Origin: Camelus dromedarius
Lineage: Eukaryota
Reading direction: 5' to 3'
DNA: 64,000 nt
Assembly: GCF_036321535.1 (NCBI RefSeq)
Contig: NC_087437.1
Location: forward strand, 96,722,001 to 96,786,000
Part shown: positions 13,610-26,395 of the stretch, one piece after another
Layout: each line of letters opens with the position of its first letter
Numbering within the stretch: position 1 is the first letter of the stretch
Notes under the pieces: generated by a model
Told to the model about the DNA's origin: nothing
The model's input: only the letters and a program-made list of their open reading frames with translations
Databases searched by the model: none
Program-made: the position numbers and the translations under genes

Positions 13610-14242
13610 GTATAGGTACAGCATACCAGCATAACAGTCAGAACAAGAGACCGTCTCCATTAATAATGGACTCTCCATGGCACACCTAAGCTCTTCTACA
13701 GACTTCTTTCCTATGACCTCAAGGTGAGATGTTATCATCAAAAATGGAAAACATCTGAACAAACTTTTGTAATCACCCTTTGATTCTCATAGTGGTCTCA
13801 GCCTTCATTCGTATCTAAAAGGAGCTTCCTAACATATTTAAAGGATGGCCAGAATGACTGATTATGGAAATTGGCCTTCCAAGTTTACTTTCTTTGGAGT
13901 GGGTGGCAGCCGTCTTGGTTTTTGATGATCTTTTCTTTTTTAAACTGACATGCTCCCTTAACCACTGCTGGACCCGACAGTCAGTACCTACCACTGACAT
14001 CATGACGTGACATGTTGCCTGAGACACGACTGGTGCTTCTCTGATACCATGAGGGAATTCCTACAGTTTGTGTTATTTAAGCTATTCTGTTGTCATTATT
14101 TTCCAAAATAGGCATTTCTAAGACTTATATCCTTACAGATCACAAGCAGTGATTTTTGTCTGTTTTATTAATTACTAAACTTCAATGCCTAGAAATGTTC
14201 TTAGATGATCTTTAGTAATAACTGTTAAAAATCTGCCCAGAC

Positions 14243-14650
14243 TGAAGGAATATAAAGCAAACGAACAAACTGAGGTCCCTGCTGCTAAACTGTTTGCTGA
14301 TTCATATTTTCCTGAGAAGAAACTTTAACCCAGAGGCGATGTTCCAGGAAGGAGATAACAGGCTGATAATCTCAGAAGAATGGACAGACCCTCAGGAGTT
14401 CCTCCTGAAGATTCATGGAGGTTAAGAGGAATGTAGCACCCAGTAAAACACCCTGATTGTTATCACCATTTCTGTTCCATCCAGTTTTCCTACAAAACCT
14501 CAAGACGGGCTCACAGTCTTTAAGGCATTAGCCTTCTGTGACTCCCTTTGCCATGCAAAGCAATAAAGCTGCTCTTTCCTTTGCTCCCAAAACTCTGCCT
14601 CCAAGTTTGAATTTGCTTTTTGGGGTGCAGAGGCTGATTTTTTGGCAACA
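14243..14650 (+). mobile_element. Solo LTR, ERV1-type (408 bp)
   Basis: TG...CA termini; 4-bp TSD AGAC (14239-14242, 14651-14654); AATAAA at 14562. Confidence 0.85.
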
Positions 14651-15429
14651 AGACTGTTCATAATCTGGGTGACTAGAGAGTGACTGTCCTCACACTTTAT
14701 GTGGTAAAGATTGACCAACAGTCAAAAGAGCCTGAGAAAATTTTGCAAGCAAACATATTTACAGCCCGAGTAAAACTATTCTGATTTTCCTCTATAAGGT
14801 ATAGTTGAAGGATATCCCTAAATTAAATTCTCTAAGAAAGTATTTAATAATCAACTTATTAAAAAGATAAAAATTCAGAAATCAACGAATTCTTGGACAG
14901 ACAATAAGACAGCATATTTGTGAAGACTGTCAAGTTTTGGTGCCAACAAGTCTCCAGTTAGAAGAAAAATGACTGTGCCTTGTTCCAGAGCATAATCTTT
15001 AAGAATCTGAGGGTGGGACAGTTACAGAGACAAAATTCCCGTTCTTGGTCAAGGTTCCTCAGACTCATATACACAAACCATGACTAATCCACTATCACGA
15101 GAAAATAAACAGCCGCAGTCTGATGATCCATTACTGGCTAGTCTTGTCTCCTTTCAGCCTTCTGCTGTCATTTATGCTGCTCTTATTTTGTTTCCTTTAC
15201 CATAGAAAGTGCACTGTTTATTAGTCCCCACAGAGCACATATATGTATACCAGTGCCTTCATCAAAGCTTCTTCCCTTTCCACCTGGCTCATCAACATTA
15301 TCAAAATATAAAGTCCATTTTGAACCAGAAATGAAATTAAATCATCAGGAATGAATGATACCTTTACAGCAAATGCCCATGTTACTCACCAAATATATTA
15401 AATAATAAATATAAGGAATTGTATGCCAA

Positions 15430-15830
15430 ACAAATAGTACACTATTGCCACTTAATAGTATAATAGGGAATGTCAAATCTGTTTTAGAAACTATGCTAGA
15501 TTGTCACAACAAATGTAAAGAAGACAGAGGATCTGCTCTCAAAAAGCTCCTGAAGAGGTTGGAAGGGAGCTATGTTATCAGATACTTAAAATGCACTGCC
15601 AGGCAGCAAAGAAGAGCAACTGGCCACGGGGGTTAAGAAATGCTTCCCAATGGCGGGGCCGTTTGATTGAATAGAGGTGGACAACACCTGGGCAGTGGGA
15701 AGGAAGTGGTAGTTGATGGGAAACCTATGCAAAAGACATGGAACTTAGAGGGGATGTTACCTCTGAAATGTACGAGATAGGGATTTACAGGGAGAAGTCT
15801 GGTACAGATGCTGAGGTAGATGGAGGCTAC
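15430..15830 (-). mobile_element. L2 fragment
   Basis: Degenerate L2 motifs (tgcaaaagacatggaa...). Confidence 0.45.
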
Positions 15831-16202
15831 AAAAGGAAAAGTTTATGTCATCACCATCGTATTACTTCAGATAATCATCTGCAAAATATCTAAAGAAACA
15901 AACATCGGCACCAAAACATTTTACTGAAGGCAGAAAGCCTATTAATGGGGCTTTCTTCTGACTCTACCACAGTTCTCTCAATAATAAGCCTGGTCCCAAA
16001 TGCATGAATGAGAACTTTGATGATAAGCAGCTTTCAACTGAATTCAGACATTTGGTAGAGATTGCTTCGCTGGATAAATTAGAAATTTCATGGATTTTGT
16101 ATAGCTCCAGGCAAGTGATTGACCTAACAGGGGTTCATATTTTCTGAGGGAGTAAAATGTGGAAGTATGTGTAGCTTCAATTACAATCTCTTCTACTTTC
16201 AG

Positions 16203-16365
16203 TTCTGAACTATTATTCAACCAGTTGCCAGCAAGGAACAAAGAAATAGGAGCTGAAAGCATTGTTGCCTATGGATTTTCTTTAGACCTTTTTTGTTTTT
16301 TCATACCATTGGCAGAATTACAAGCCACAAAGTTTTTTCCTATATTGGAGAAGCCAACCAACAGA
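16203..16365 (+). pseudogene. Candidate exon SELLFNQLPARNKEIG...LEKPTNR (alternative acceptor near 16316)
   Basis: Acceptor ctcttctactttcag; open frame in phase 2 (part of ORF 16159..16416); weak donor gttatg; boundaries ambiguous. Confidence 0.35.
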
Positions 16366-17746
16366 GTTATGAAGATTTTATTTAATGTCAATAGCATTAA
16401 ATCCTGTGACTTCTAAAAAGTTTAACATGACAACAAAATAATTCTGTGATGCACATTTTTAAAGTGCCCAGAGTTTATTATAGAGGAATTTACTATAAAC
16501 ATACTAACAAATTAAGTGTCTTTGACACAGATAAGAATTTAAATCAAATTTTCAAAGCTTTTTTCTTTTTTTAAACTGATTTGCCAACTGAAACACAATT
16601 AGAAAATTGACCACGAATTTCTGTATAAAAACACATTTTAGGTTTGGCTGTATATTCTGAGACTGCCAGGTTCATAAGGAGTGACTAGCAGACCAGCCAA
16701 GTAAATAAATTCTAGACTAAGAAAGATACATTTCACAACTTTTCCAGGAAATATCCACTAGATCTGATTAAAGAATCTATTTCTAGAAAGCTTGTGCCTG
16801 TATTCAGTCCAATTGGGTAAAGAAGTGGCTTGAAAAGGAACAAAGATTGAAGGCGATAATTGTTCCTTTTCTTGAATGTTTAGTATGCACAAAGTATTTT
16901 CTAATTAACAAGTATTGTCTCAACTGTCCTCACTGCACTGAGTTAGGTGACATCATTAAAGTTTTCCCCTGGAAGAAATTTATTTTATTGCCTCTCTGGA
17001 TTACTCCTGGATATGGACGTTTCTTGGTCTTATCTTTTCTCCAGCTATAGAAACAGTTATTATTATAGGATTGAGGTGCTTCTGGATCTATAGAAGTGAT
17101 GTGCTAACTCTTATTTCATAGCAGTTATTGCTTCCAAGCACGTTAAGGAGCTATAAAGATGCTACAGAACAAAGAACATTTCTTAAGCACCTACCATATT
17201 CACAGATTTGTAGAGAAAAAATTAAGATACTACATGTAGGGAGATAAAAAGTAGAGAATAATACAATCAATATACTTAAGAGATAGCTTGCTTTTTCCTT
17301 TCATTTTTCCTTGTGGTATTACCATATAAAAGTTTCATAGGGGATATTTCTGTTCTTCTACTTTAGTTACAGTGTATGTCTGGACATCTGGTCTGTCGTC
17401 AGAAGGTTTTGATCTTGTCATTTTACATGAATGTTTAAGTAGGTATTTCCCTCCTCCTTTAATATGTATTCTGGACCTGTACTAAGTAAATATTATTGTA
17501 CTATTTCTTTGGCTTTCATGGATGTGTCAAATCAAAAAGAAAAACATAAAAAGGTAACATAAACCACAACTAAACTAATAATCACCTATGGCTTGGATGT
17601 ACAGACTGAGACAAAAAGACATCCTTGAAAACTAAAATCCAAATTGAAATCCTTTGCCAGAGTTTAGACAAGACTAGAAGCTTCGAAGGTTAAATGAATT
17701 CTTATATTTGTTGGTTAGGTCTTCTTGTAACTAAAGGTATTACTGT

Positions 17747-18377
17747 TGAGACAGGAAGGGGGCAGGGCACAGCCATTCAAGGAATGCTACAGCAATTAAC
17801 AACAAAATGGTGTAAGATTCAACCCCCAGTAGGCCTTTAGGCTCAAGATGGTGGGAGATGTAACTTTGAGTAGACCTTGAGCTTCATTATACGCCCACTG
17901 TAATATATTAGCATGATAAATAACATGCCCACAGGCACCATGACTGTCCCAAGGCAAGCTGCAAAAGGTCAAAGAGTGGGAAATGGCCCACTTCCTGGGA
18001 ATCCCAGCCCCTTCCCCAGGCTACTTAGACTGGTCCTTCCACTTATTTGCATATGAAGCTATGAAAGCCCATAAAAATGGGCAACACTGCCCCTTATGGC
18101 CGCCCTCTCTCTCTCCATTCGGAGACGGCCCGCACTCTGTCTATGGAGTGTGTACCTACTTTTAATCTGAGCACCCAACCCACACACACCTCGTGGCCTT
18201 TCTCTTGCCTTTCAATGTATCCCTCTGAATAAATCTACCTTTCCTCAACTGTGGCTCGCTCTTGAATTCTTTCCTGCACGAAGCCAAGGACCCACACTTG
18301 GCGGGGCACGTCCCAGGGACTCAACTGAGACCTGGGACTCAGCCCTCCTCACGCCCCACATCCGTTTTCCTGCATCA
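17747..18377 (+). mobile_element. Solo LTR, ERV1-type (631 bp), relatively young
   Basis: TGAGACAGG...CCTGCATCA termini; 4-bp TSD CTGT (17743-17746, 18378-18381); AATAAA at 18228; GC-rich with retained CpGs. Confidence 0.9.
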
Positions 18378-18949
18378 CTGTGGTGTTATAAGTAGAATCA
18401 TGACTATCTTATTTTTCTAGTATCTTTTCTTGTATTAATTGGACTTTTGAATCTTCTGAGCTATGTTAATAAAGCACTGGTTTAGAATTTCAAATAATTA
18501 TCTTTGTAAAACAGAGGTTAGTATATGATAATCATTTTAATACAGAATAATGCATTATCAATATAATTTTTGTCTTTAATAAAAGCTACAGTTCTTAGGA
18601 ATTAGATTGTGAGGATATGAAGTTTTAAGACAAAATGTTCAGAAAAAGAAACATTTGATGCATGAATTAATGTAAATACTTATTACATTAATAACTTTAG
18701 AATTAATTTGTCATCAAGTCCCGATATGGAATATAACAGTCTTTCCAAAAGGTTGAAAGTGGTAATATAAGAACAAATAAAATAAAACATTAATTTAAAT
18801 GCTAAGCAATTTAGAAATCATTATGTTAGTGTTGTTGGAAGGTAAAATTCATTTAAAAAATTATATTTATGCATGATAATTAGTAAAATAGGATGGCTAT
18901 TTCTACAAATATATTAACCATATTCTTTTCAACAATATAATAGCTTTGA

Positions 18950-19170
18950 AAATGCATTAATTCATTTAAACAATACTTACTCATGCTCAGTTTTGGACTA
19001 GACATTGTGTTAGATTCCTTGTGGGGATCAATTAAGTAGATGGAGAGAACACACAAAGAAGAAGACAGGATCCCTAACCCTGAGTAGCTCATGGGCTAAA
19101 CAGGAAGATGATCACTCACACATGTGCAACAAAATATATTAAGTACAAGTATTTTGGGAGCAAAAAGACA
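18950..19170 (-). mobile_element. L2 3' fragment
   Basis: cattaattcatttaaacaatacttactc...agacattgtgttag. Confidence 0.5.
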
Positions 19171-19810
19171 AGTCATTTTATAGTTCTAAAACTATTAGCT
19201 CATTTAGTATTCAAAAGATGTTCATAATGACATTACCCTTTGAGTCTGCTTTTAACAGGACAACTTTGCCCACACATAAAGAATATTGGCCCACTAGCCA
19301 ATTCAAAATTCTGGTCTAGCAGAATCATACATCTGAAACAGGTTGGTATTTAACATACGCATATGAAATGGAGACGTTACAACTTTTGCTATTTGGAAAC
19401 CTCGAAAATCCCTATTCAAAAATCCCCTAACAAAACCCCCTCTGCATGTGTTGGCAGTATTATCCATCATTGGTCCTATCTGAAAAGATCTGCTGCTCTT
19501 TGAATAAGAATCATGTTTCTATTGTGGTTCGAGATATTTCCGTTGTGATGCTCACAAATATTTTTAATGTTTATGGGATGGTGCTTCAGTCTGTTGCAAA
19601 TTCAGAGCATATGTTCACCAGTGACAAAAACCAGAAGAATGCCATACATTTTATGAACTGCTAATAAGTCCGTAAACTGATTGTTTTGTAGCCAAAACTT
19701 TGTTACTACTGGCATTAGCTGACATTTCAATTTGGATTTCTGCTTGAAAATGAGTCTGTTCTAAAGTAATAGCTCTGTTTGTGCCCTACTTTTGCCCAAA
19801 GTAATATCAG

Positions 19811-19880
19811 ATTTCACTTGTGGAACATAATTTTAGGAGGAAAAAGAAGTGGGGCTGCACTGTTGCTTCTTTGTTCATAG
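19811..19880 (+). pseudogene. Candidate 70-nt exon ISLVEHNFRRKKKWGCTVASLFI
   Basis: Strong donor TAG|gtaagg at 19880/19881; acceptor weaker; open in phase 0->1. Confidence 0.35.
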
Positions 19881-20379
19881 GTAAGGCCAGCATTCTCTGC
19901 TTTAGACTTTGTGCTTATTTCTAGAACATTAGCAGGCACACAAGGTTTGTTGAGAAAACTTGTCAAGCCTAGTTCTGCCTTTTAAATATATGGTTCTAGT
20001 TTGGATAGGTTAACACCCACGGCATGTCATATCAGGTTTTAGAAAGTACCTCTGTATCGAAAGCAATTCATTATTCAGATGTTACTAATGCATGTAACAA
20101 ATGAGATGGTATCTGGGAATATTGTTTAAATGAAAAAGCATTTTAGAAATAAAAGACATTATTTTTACTTTATTTTCATATCATTTTCTATGTGCAGTTT
20201 CCATCTCCCATTTCACTTCCTTATGCTCAAGACAACTTTCCCCAATGGATCAGTGTTATCATTAACAAATGTCTTATCAATTATCTGCTGTATTCAAAGT
20301 TTTGGTTTAGAAACTGTGCATATAAAAACATGTAAGAAATGATCCCTGTCCTCAAGGAGTGTTTTTTTCCTCCTGTCAT

Positions 20380-20550
20380 CCAAAGTCCATAGTTTATATT
20401 AGTTTTCACTCTTGGTATTGTACATTCTGTGTTTGACAAATGAATGATGACATGTATTCTCCATTATAGTAGCATACAGAGTATTTAAAACTGTCCTAAA
20501 AGTCCTTTGTGCTCAGACTATTTATCCCTCCCTTCCCCCAAACACCTGGT
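20380..20550 (-). mobile_element. L1MC-like 3' UTR fragment
   Basis: caaagtccatagtttatattag...cactcttggtattgtacattct. Confidence 0.75.
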
Positions 20551-22784
20551 TCAGGGGTTTTTTCAGACATTTAGAGAGGCCACACATAGGGAAAAAGTGG
20601 CCCCCAAATATCAGCTACCCATAAATAAGTTTCAGTGAGTGTTTGCAAACATAGATATTGAAAGGGCTCAAAGACAGAATGACCACTGTGACCTGAAATG
20701 ACCAGCAAGGGCTTAGCTTAGATGGAACTGGAGGGGCATGACTAAGCAGAGAAACAGAGGGAAAGCTGTTCAAACTGAGAGACTGGCAAAAGGAAATGTC
20801 TGCAGGTAGGTGTGTATTTGGTTGGTCCTTGATATTTAATATTTGATGTTTTAAAAATTCTTATAGGACCTACCAGAAACACATTTGAATCATGTCATGC
20901 CCAGTGTAGATGGGATTGAGTCATCTACTCCCACTGATTTTGGGGGAGTTCGTCTATATCTGATCATAGTTCATGTGTGAAATAACCCTTCCTCTGTGGT
21001 CTGTTTGTAATGGGAGGATTCTTAGAGCTCTGGGTAATATTTTTAGCCAAAATCAAGGAGTGATTCTCTCTCTCTCTCTCAGTGGACATTAATAAGACCA
21101 TCTTGTCTCAGCTAGGAGTATAATATAAAAGAGGAATAAAATAAGTCTGAAAATGGTGGGAGTTACAGAGAACAGATAGCCAGAAATTCACCAGGAAGTG
21201 TATGTTGAGCACCTATGTGTCATATATTGTGCTAGCTGCAGTGGAGGATACAAAAGTAGTGAAATGTGTCTTTATCTCTCAAGTTCACCAATTCAAAAAG
21301 AAACCAATACATGAAGTAGAGAACGCACAGGTATCTGTGCTGCTATAGTGAACAGGAAAGCTCAAACTTAAAATGCTGAGATCAGGACTGTGAAATAAGG
21401 CCTGCATGAGGAGCCTTCACTACAGCAGAAAGTGTACAGCTCTTAAAAAATGTATTTTATAACAAATCCCAAGGGCTTCTTATGTATGTTATCAGTCTTG
21501 ACACACATTTCTTGCTCAAATGTGGGTCTTTTCTGCTTTTAGTCAAGAATTAGAATTCCTGTAATTATTACTGAAGGGAATACCATTAACTAGAATACAA
21601 TTTCTCCAGGGGGTAAAGCAAGAATGACATCTCTAAACTATCTACTGTCATTTTAACAAGGAACCCTTCGACAAGAGCATTCGGCTCTGCTGAGTTGTAA
21701 AGACCTAGGTTTAAAAAAAAACCATGTAAATAACAGTGGACACATTGGATATTTTCACTTTTAGTTAAAGGGCACAGTTATCTGGAATAAGAGTCTTAAG
21801 GGTACCCCCAGTTATCTACAAGAGGGTTATTGCCTTTATTTGTGACAACATGGAATGCACTCTCCTATTCAAACACAGTCAGACTGAGAGCTGCCCATGC
21901 TGTAAGCCACAGTGTTAATCCTGAGTCTGAGTAGAGAAAACAAGAGGGCATTTCACAACAAATAAATAGGTGTTTGGGATCATTATCCATTTATAGTATT
22001 AAATCTTCTCCTTTCCATCAGTAGATGATTAAAAAATGTATTCTAGATGCAACATCATTACTCTGAGCAGTGAGCTAAACACAAAAAACCTTATGAATTT
22101 GGACTAATTTGGAGGAAGGCCAGTATGAACTTTAATACAGTTTTATTGATTTTGAATATAAATATTAATTTGAGCTAAGAGCGAATTAAATACTTATAAG
22201 CTGAAATCTTGCTGGGACTGCTTCAATAAATAGATAAGTTTATTAAGGTCCCTTAAAAATGGTTTTATAAGCAAATAAAAATGTTTCCTACAATCACACT
22301 TACACTCTTAATATACTTGGCAAATCTTTCGGCAGTGTGTGTGCGAAGGTGCACTTGATCCAGCCCTTCCAGGGATTTGCCGGCATGTTGTCTTCATTAA
22401 TCACCAAACTCCCCCAGGCGTGAAAATTAGTCATAGGCTAGTTGTGCCCTCACTTGAGAGTACCAGAATGTGAAGGGGTTTTATACTCAATTACGAGTAT
22501 AACTTTTTCCTGAAAAGGAAATACCATTACATTTAAAATAACTGCTCTGCATAGTATGTTATGAGCCTCAGTTTCAATTGTGAATTGTGAGTTAATATTT
22601 GTCCGACTGATTATTGTGAGGATTACATGCATATTATTTTTGTCATGTGAGGATTAAATATATGTGGAAGTTTCTTTTACAACTCTATGAATTACTGTAT
22701 ATATGTTAAGCGTTAATTTTATCTGAGATTATGACCTTTGTCTTCACATTTTCAGTAGCAATTTCTTGGAAAGTATCCTCAACT

Positions 22785-22910
22785 TCTCTTGCTCTTCCTC
22801 TCCCTCCCTTCATCCTTCTCTTCCTCCTTCTTTTTATTCTTTCTTTCTTTCTCTCTTTCTCTATTTCTCTTTTCCTTTCTCTCTTTTTCTCTTTCTTTCT
22901 TTTCTTCCCC
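22785..22910. repeat. CT-rich low-complexity tract
   Basis: Nearly pure pyrimidine run. Confidence 0.9.
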
Positions 22911-23030
22911 TATGTCCTTATCTTCATTATTCATGATAATACACAAACATAAGTATTAAACAACTTGTCCATCTAAAATAAGCAACTCTTAACACCCCCT
23001 AATATGTAGGCCAGTATCATATATGTTTAC

Positions 23031-23473
23031 TGTGCCAGATTGTAAAACTGACCACAATCCTTTGCAGAATCTCCTGTAAAGAGATGGGAGTCTCTTCATC
23101 CCTTGAATCTGAGCTGGTCCTGTGACTTGCTTTGAACAATGGAATGTAGTGGAAGTGACTAAAAACTTCCTCAGCTTAGGACTCAAGAGACCTTACCTTA
23201 TTTTGTGCTCCCTGCACCGAAATGTATATAAGCCCTGATTAGCCTCCTGGATGACGAGATCCGCCCTCCCAGCTGAGTCTACTTTAGGCTGCTTCCCAGC
23301 TGACAATGCAGCTGCCTGCAGTGCATGAGGGGGCCCTGCCTAGTTCAGAAATATCTCCTGGTTGAGGTTATCTTAAATTACTGATCCAAAGAATCATGAA
23401 CAAAGTAAAATGGTTATTGTTTTGAGCTACTGAATTTTGTCATCAATAGTTATGCAGTAAAAATTAACTAACA
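23031..23473 (+). mobile_element. MLT1-type (MaLR) LTR
   Basis: cccttgaatctgagctggtcctgtgacttgcttt...ggaagtga; 3' end ttatgcagtaaaaattaactaaca. Confidence 0.8.
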
Positions 23474-24367
23474 CCCCTACTGATGATTGGTTATATAGAA
23501 CTGAGACATCAAAAGCCCAAATCATAAAATCTTCTCTCTCATGTCATTCTTGCTCTGGTATTTTTCTTTTGTTTTTCACACCATCTGTGGTCCTTTTCAC
23601 TTGTCCTGTTATAATTAATTATGTTGTTATTAGAAAACACTAATCTTTGAAGATCATTTTGAACTGTCTTTATGTGCTCTAAAGTATTAGGAAACCCTTT
23701 AGATTTAGGGATACCTAGACTGAGCATGTCTCGATTAGTGAGCAAAGTCATTGATGAACATATTAAAGAACGTTAATTCCTCCTGATTGCTTTGACCAGT
23801 GAATCTAGTTGGAGTGATGTAGAACCCCTTCTAAGCCTAGGATTCAAGAGACCCTATATTCTTCTGTGCTCCCTCTTGGAACCCTGCATCAAAATGTGAA
23901 TAAGCCCTGACTAGCTTCCTGAGTGATACAGAGGGGCAGACAGGATTCAAGAAGCACTATTCTTTAACAGGAAAATACAATAATAGGAGAAATAAAAATT
24001 CATAATAAATTATAAAATTATTGGTTCTACTATCAAATCAAATGTTTCAGATGCTTTACTATACTCATTCACATACACTAAAAGCATCCACATTTTAAAG
24101 TAAAAGATATATGTGAAAAATGTTTTAAACCTGTGTTTTTCATGTATACTTAAAAACAGTAATAATTTTTTTCTATTTTATAATACCAAACAAAACTTTC
24201 TGTAAAAAATGGACTAGCATGTAAGTATGGAATTTAAAAATGCTAAAATATCTTATATCTTAATAAGCAGACTGGAAGATTGTATAAAAACTAACTCATA
24301 CACACATATTATACCTTCATATTTGTTTTTACTCATCTTATTGACTTATTCACAAAAAGACAATAAG

Positions 24368-24490
24368 CATGGGGGAGTCTATGTATGGGGGGGTGAGCCA
24401 AGGGATATATGGTAAATCTCTGTACCTTCCCCCTAATTTTGCCATGAACCTAAAACTGCTTTAAATAATAAAGTCTTAATTTAAAAAAAA
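24368..24490 (+). mobile_element. 5'-truncated L1MC-like 3' end with poly(A) and TSD
   Basis: gggatatatggtaaatctctgtaccttcc...cctaaaactgct; TSD aaaaagacaataag at 24354-24367 and 24488-24501. Confidence 0.85.
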
Positions 24491-26294
24491 AAGACAATAA
24501 GATTTGTAATACTAGGGTAGATACACAGTCACATATTAGACTGTATATTTGATAGTAATGCTGGTAGAGACTGTTGATGATGCTTTTTTTCAATCCTATA
24601 GTAACATCAGACCAAGAAGCCACCAAAAGAGAATAATTATGCATGATTAGTAGAATAAAATAAGGAAAGACTAGATTATTTTGTTAGTTCTTTCATAATC
24701 TACCAAAGTTGCATTGAAAATTCTCAGTAAAAATCTACTGAACAATAAAGAACAATCTGAATTAACAATGGCTGATTTCAAATTGTTTTCAAAAAGATTA
24801 TTTTTAAATGCATACAGAAATTCTGAATGTGGCCAAATATATCTTATGAAGCCTCCTTCAAAGATTGAAGTAAATAATTATAATTTTGATTATTAATTTT
24901 GCTTATTTATTTATATCTAGTTAAACAGTGAACTTCATTCAGCCTTATGCTCAAATTATTCCTAATTCTAAGTTAATGAAAACTTTACCAACATTAACAT
25001 CTGGGATACATTTGCCAGTAATGTTTTCAAATTTAAAAAATCATGGGGCTCATTGATTAACGTAAGGTTTTGTTGATTTAGGCATGTTTTTATCATATGG
25101 CCCTATGTAATACTTCATTTGGTTGTTGATGAAACGTGGAAATTTTTAGCACATTTCTGTGGTTTGCTGGAGGTGAAGACAAAGTATTAATGTAGGTTTC
25201 TCTGGGAAAATTGAGGATATAATTTCATAAGAGTATCTCTTCAAGGGCAGATATCAAGTTACCTATTTCTTAGCATCAAAATGTGGCATGTAACTTACTT
25301 TTCTTTCCCCTTCCTGTTTAAACAGAGCAATTAGGATGGAAATATGTTAATTAAATCAATTCACACTACAGTATAAATGACTGAAGTCTTTCAATGAGAT
25401 TCTAGAGACATATTTGCATTTTTAAAGGAGGTCATTAACCAAACTAAACTTTAGTTGAAAGAATTTCAAGCACTGTTTCAAAATAATGCTAAAAAAAGAA
25501 ATAGATGCTGTGAGTGAAGACATTTTCAGGCAGTTAGCTAGAACAAATAAAAGTTTATTTTCAACAATTTGTATGTGACTTTTAGGATCATTTCTTTTAC
25601 AGTATCTTTGAATCTCATAAATCTTTATTCCTTCATTTTTCAAGACAGAGTTCTGAAGAACTCCAAGTTGTTAATTTTATCTGATTGTATTAATTTTAAA
25701 GAAATAATACTTCTCATTGAAATGACATTAGTACCTCTTTTTAGAAGGTAGGTAGAACAAAAATTGATGAACAGGAGATTGTAAGTCAGAAGTTTTGATT
25801 CAAGAAATACTTTGATTTTTCTCAAAAATTTTTTTCTAGTCAAAATAACCTTTGAGTTCTTATTTTTTAGAATAATCATGGTAGAAAGTGAGTCTCTTTA
25901 AAAACTAAAGACCAGACCTGTACACTGTATCATTTCTTGTGTTTAAGTTCTATTCAGTGACAGGGATATCAGGTCCTGTGCATGAAAAAAATTTTTTTCC
26001 ATATTTTTAGGAAAAATTTGATGTTGTGCCAAGATTTCATACAATTCTGTCTCATGAAAAATTGGCCCAAGTACATTGTATTTTCTCACCATGTCTCTCA
26101 GAATGTGTGATCTTCAATAACCCACTGCTATTTTTACCAAGGTGGTGTTAAGTCTTCACTGATGTGTCTCACCATTGGTGACCTGTAATCTGTCATTTAG
26201 GAGAGCAGAGTTTAACTTTGTTTTAAATCTTTAAAATTAAAGTTAAATTTAAAATATATGTTTACTAATATGTGGGTATGGACGGCTTCTTTAG

Positions 26295-26395
26295 AATGAT
26301 CGATAGGATATGCAAGAGTATTTGGAGACAATGATCCTAAGAGTGAAGACATATTAATGCCACTGATTCCATGTCTTCTCAATCCTATATGACCC
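26295..26395 (+). pseudogene. Candidate 101-nt exon (E)*SIGYARVFGDNDPKSEDILMPLIPCLLNPI*P
   Basis: Branch-like tactaat ~30 nt upstream of cttctttag; protein-like frame with two TGA; atypical donor gtatct. Confidence 0.5.
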
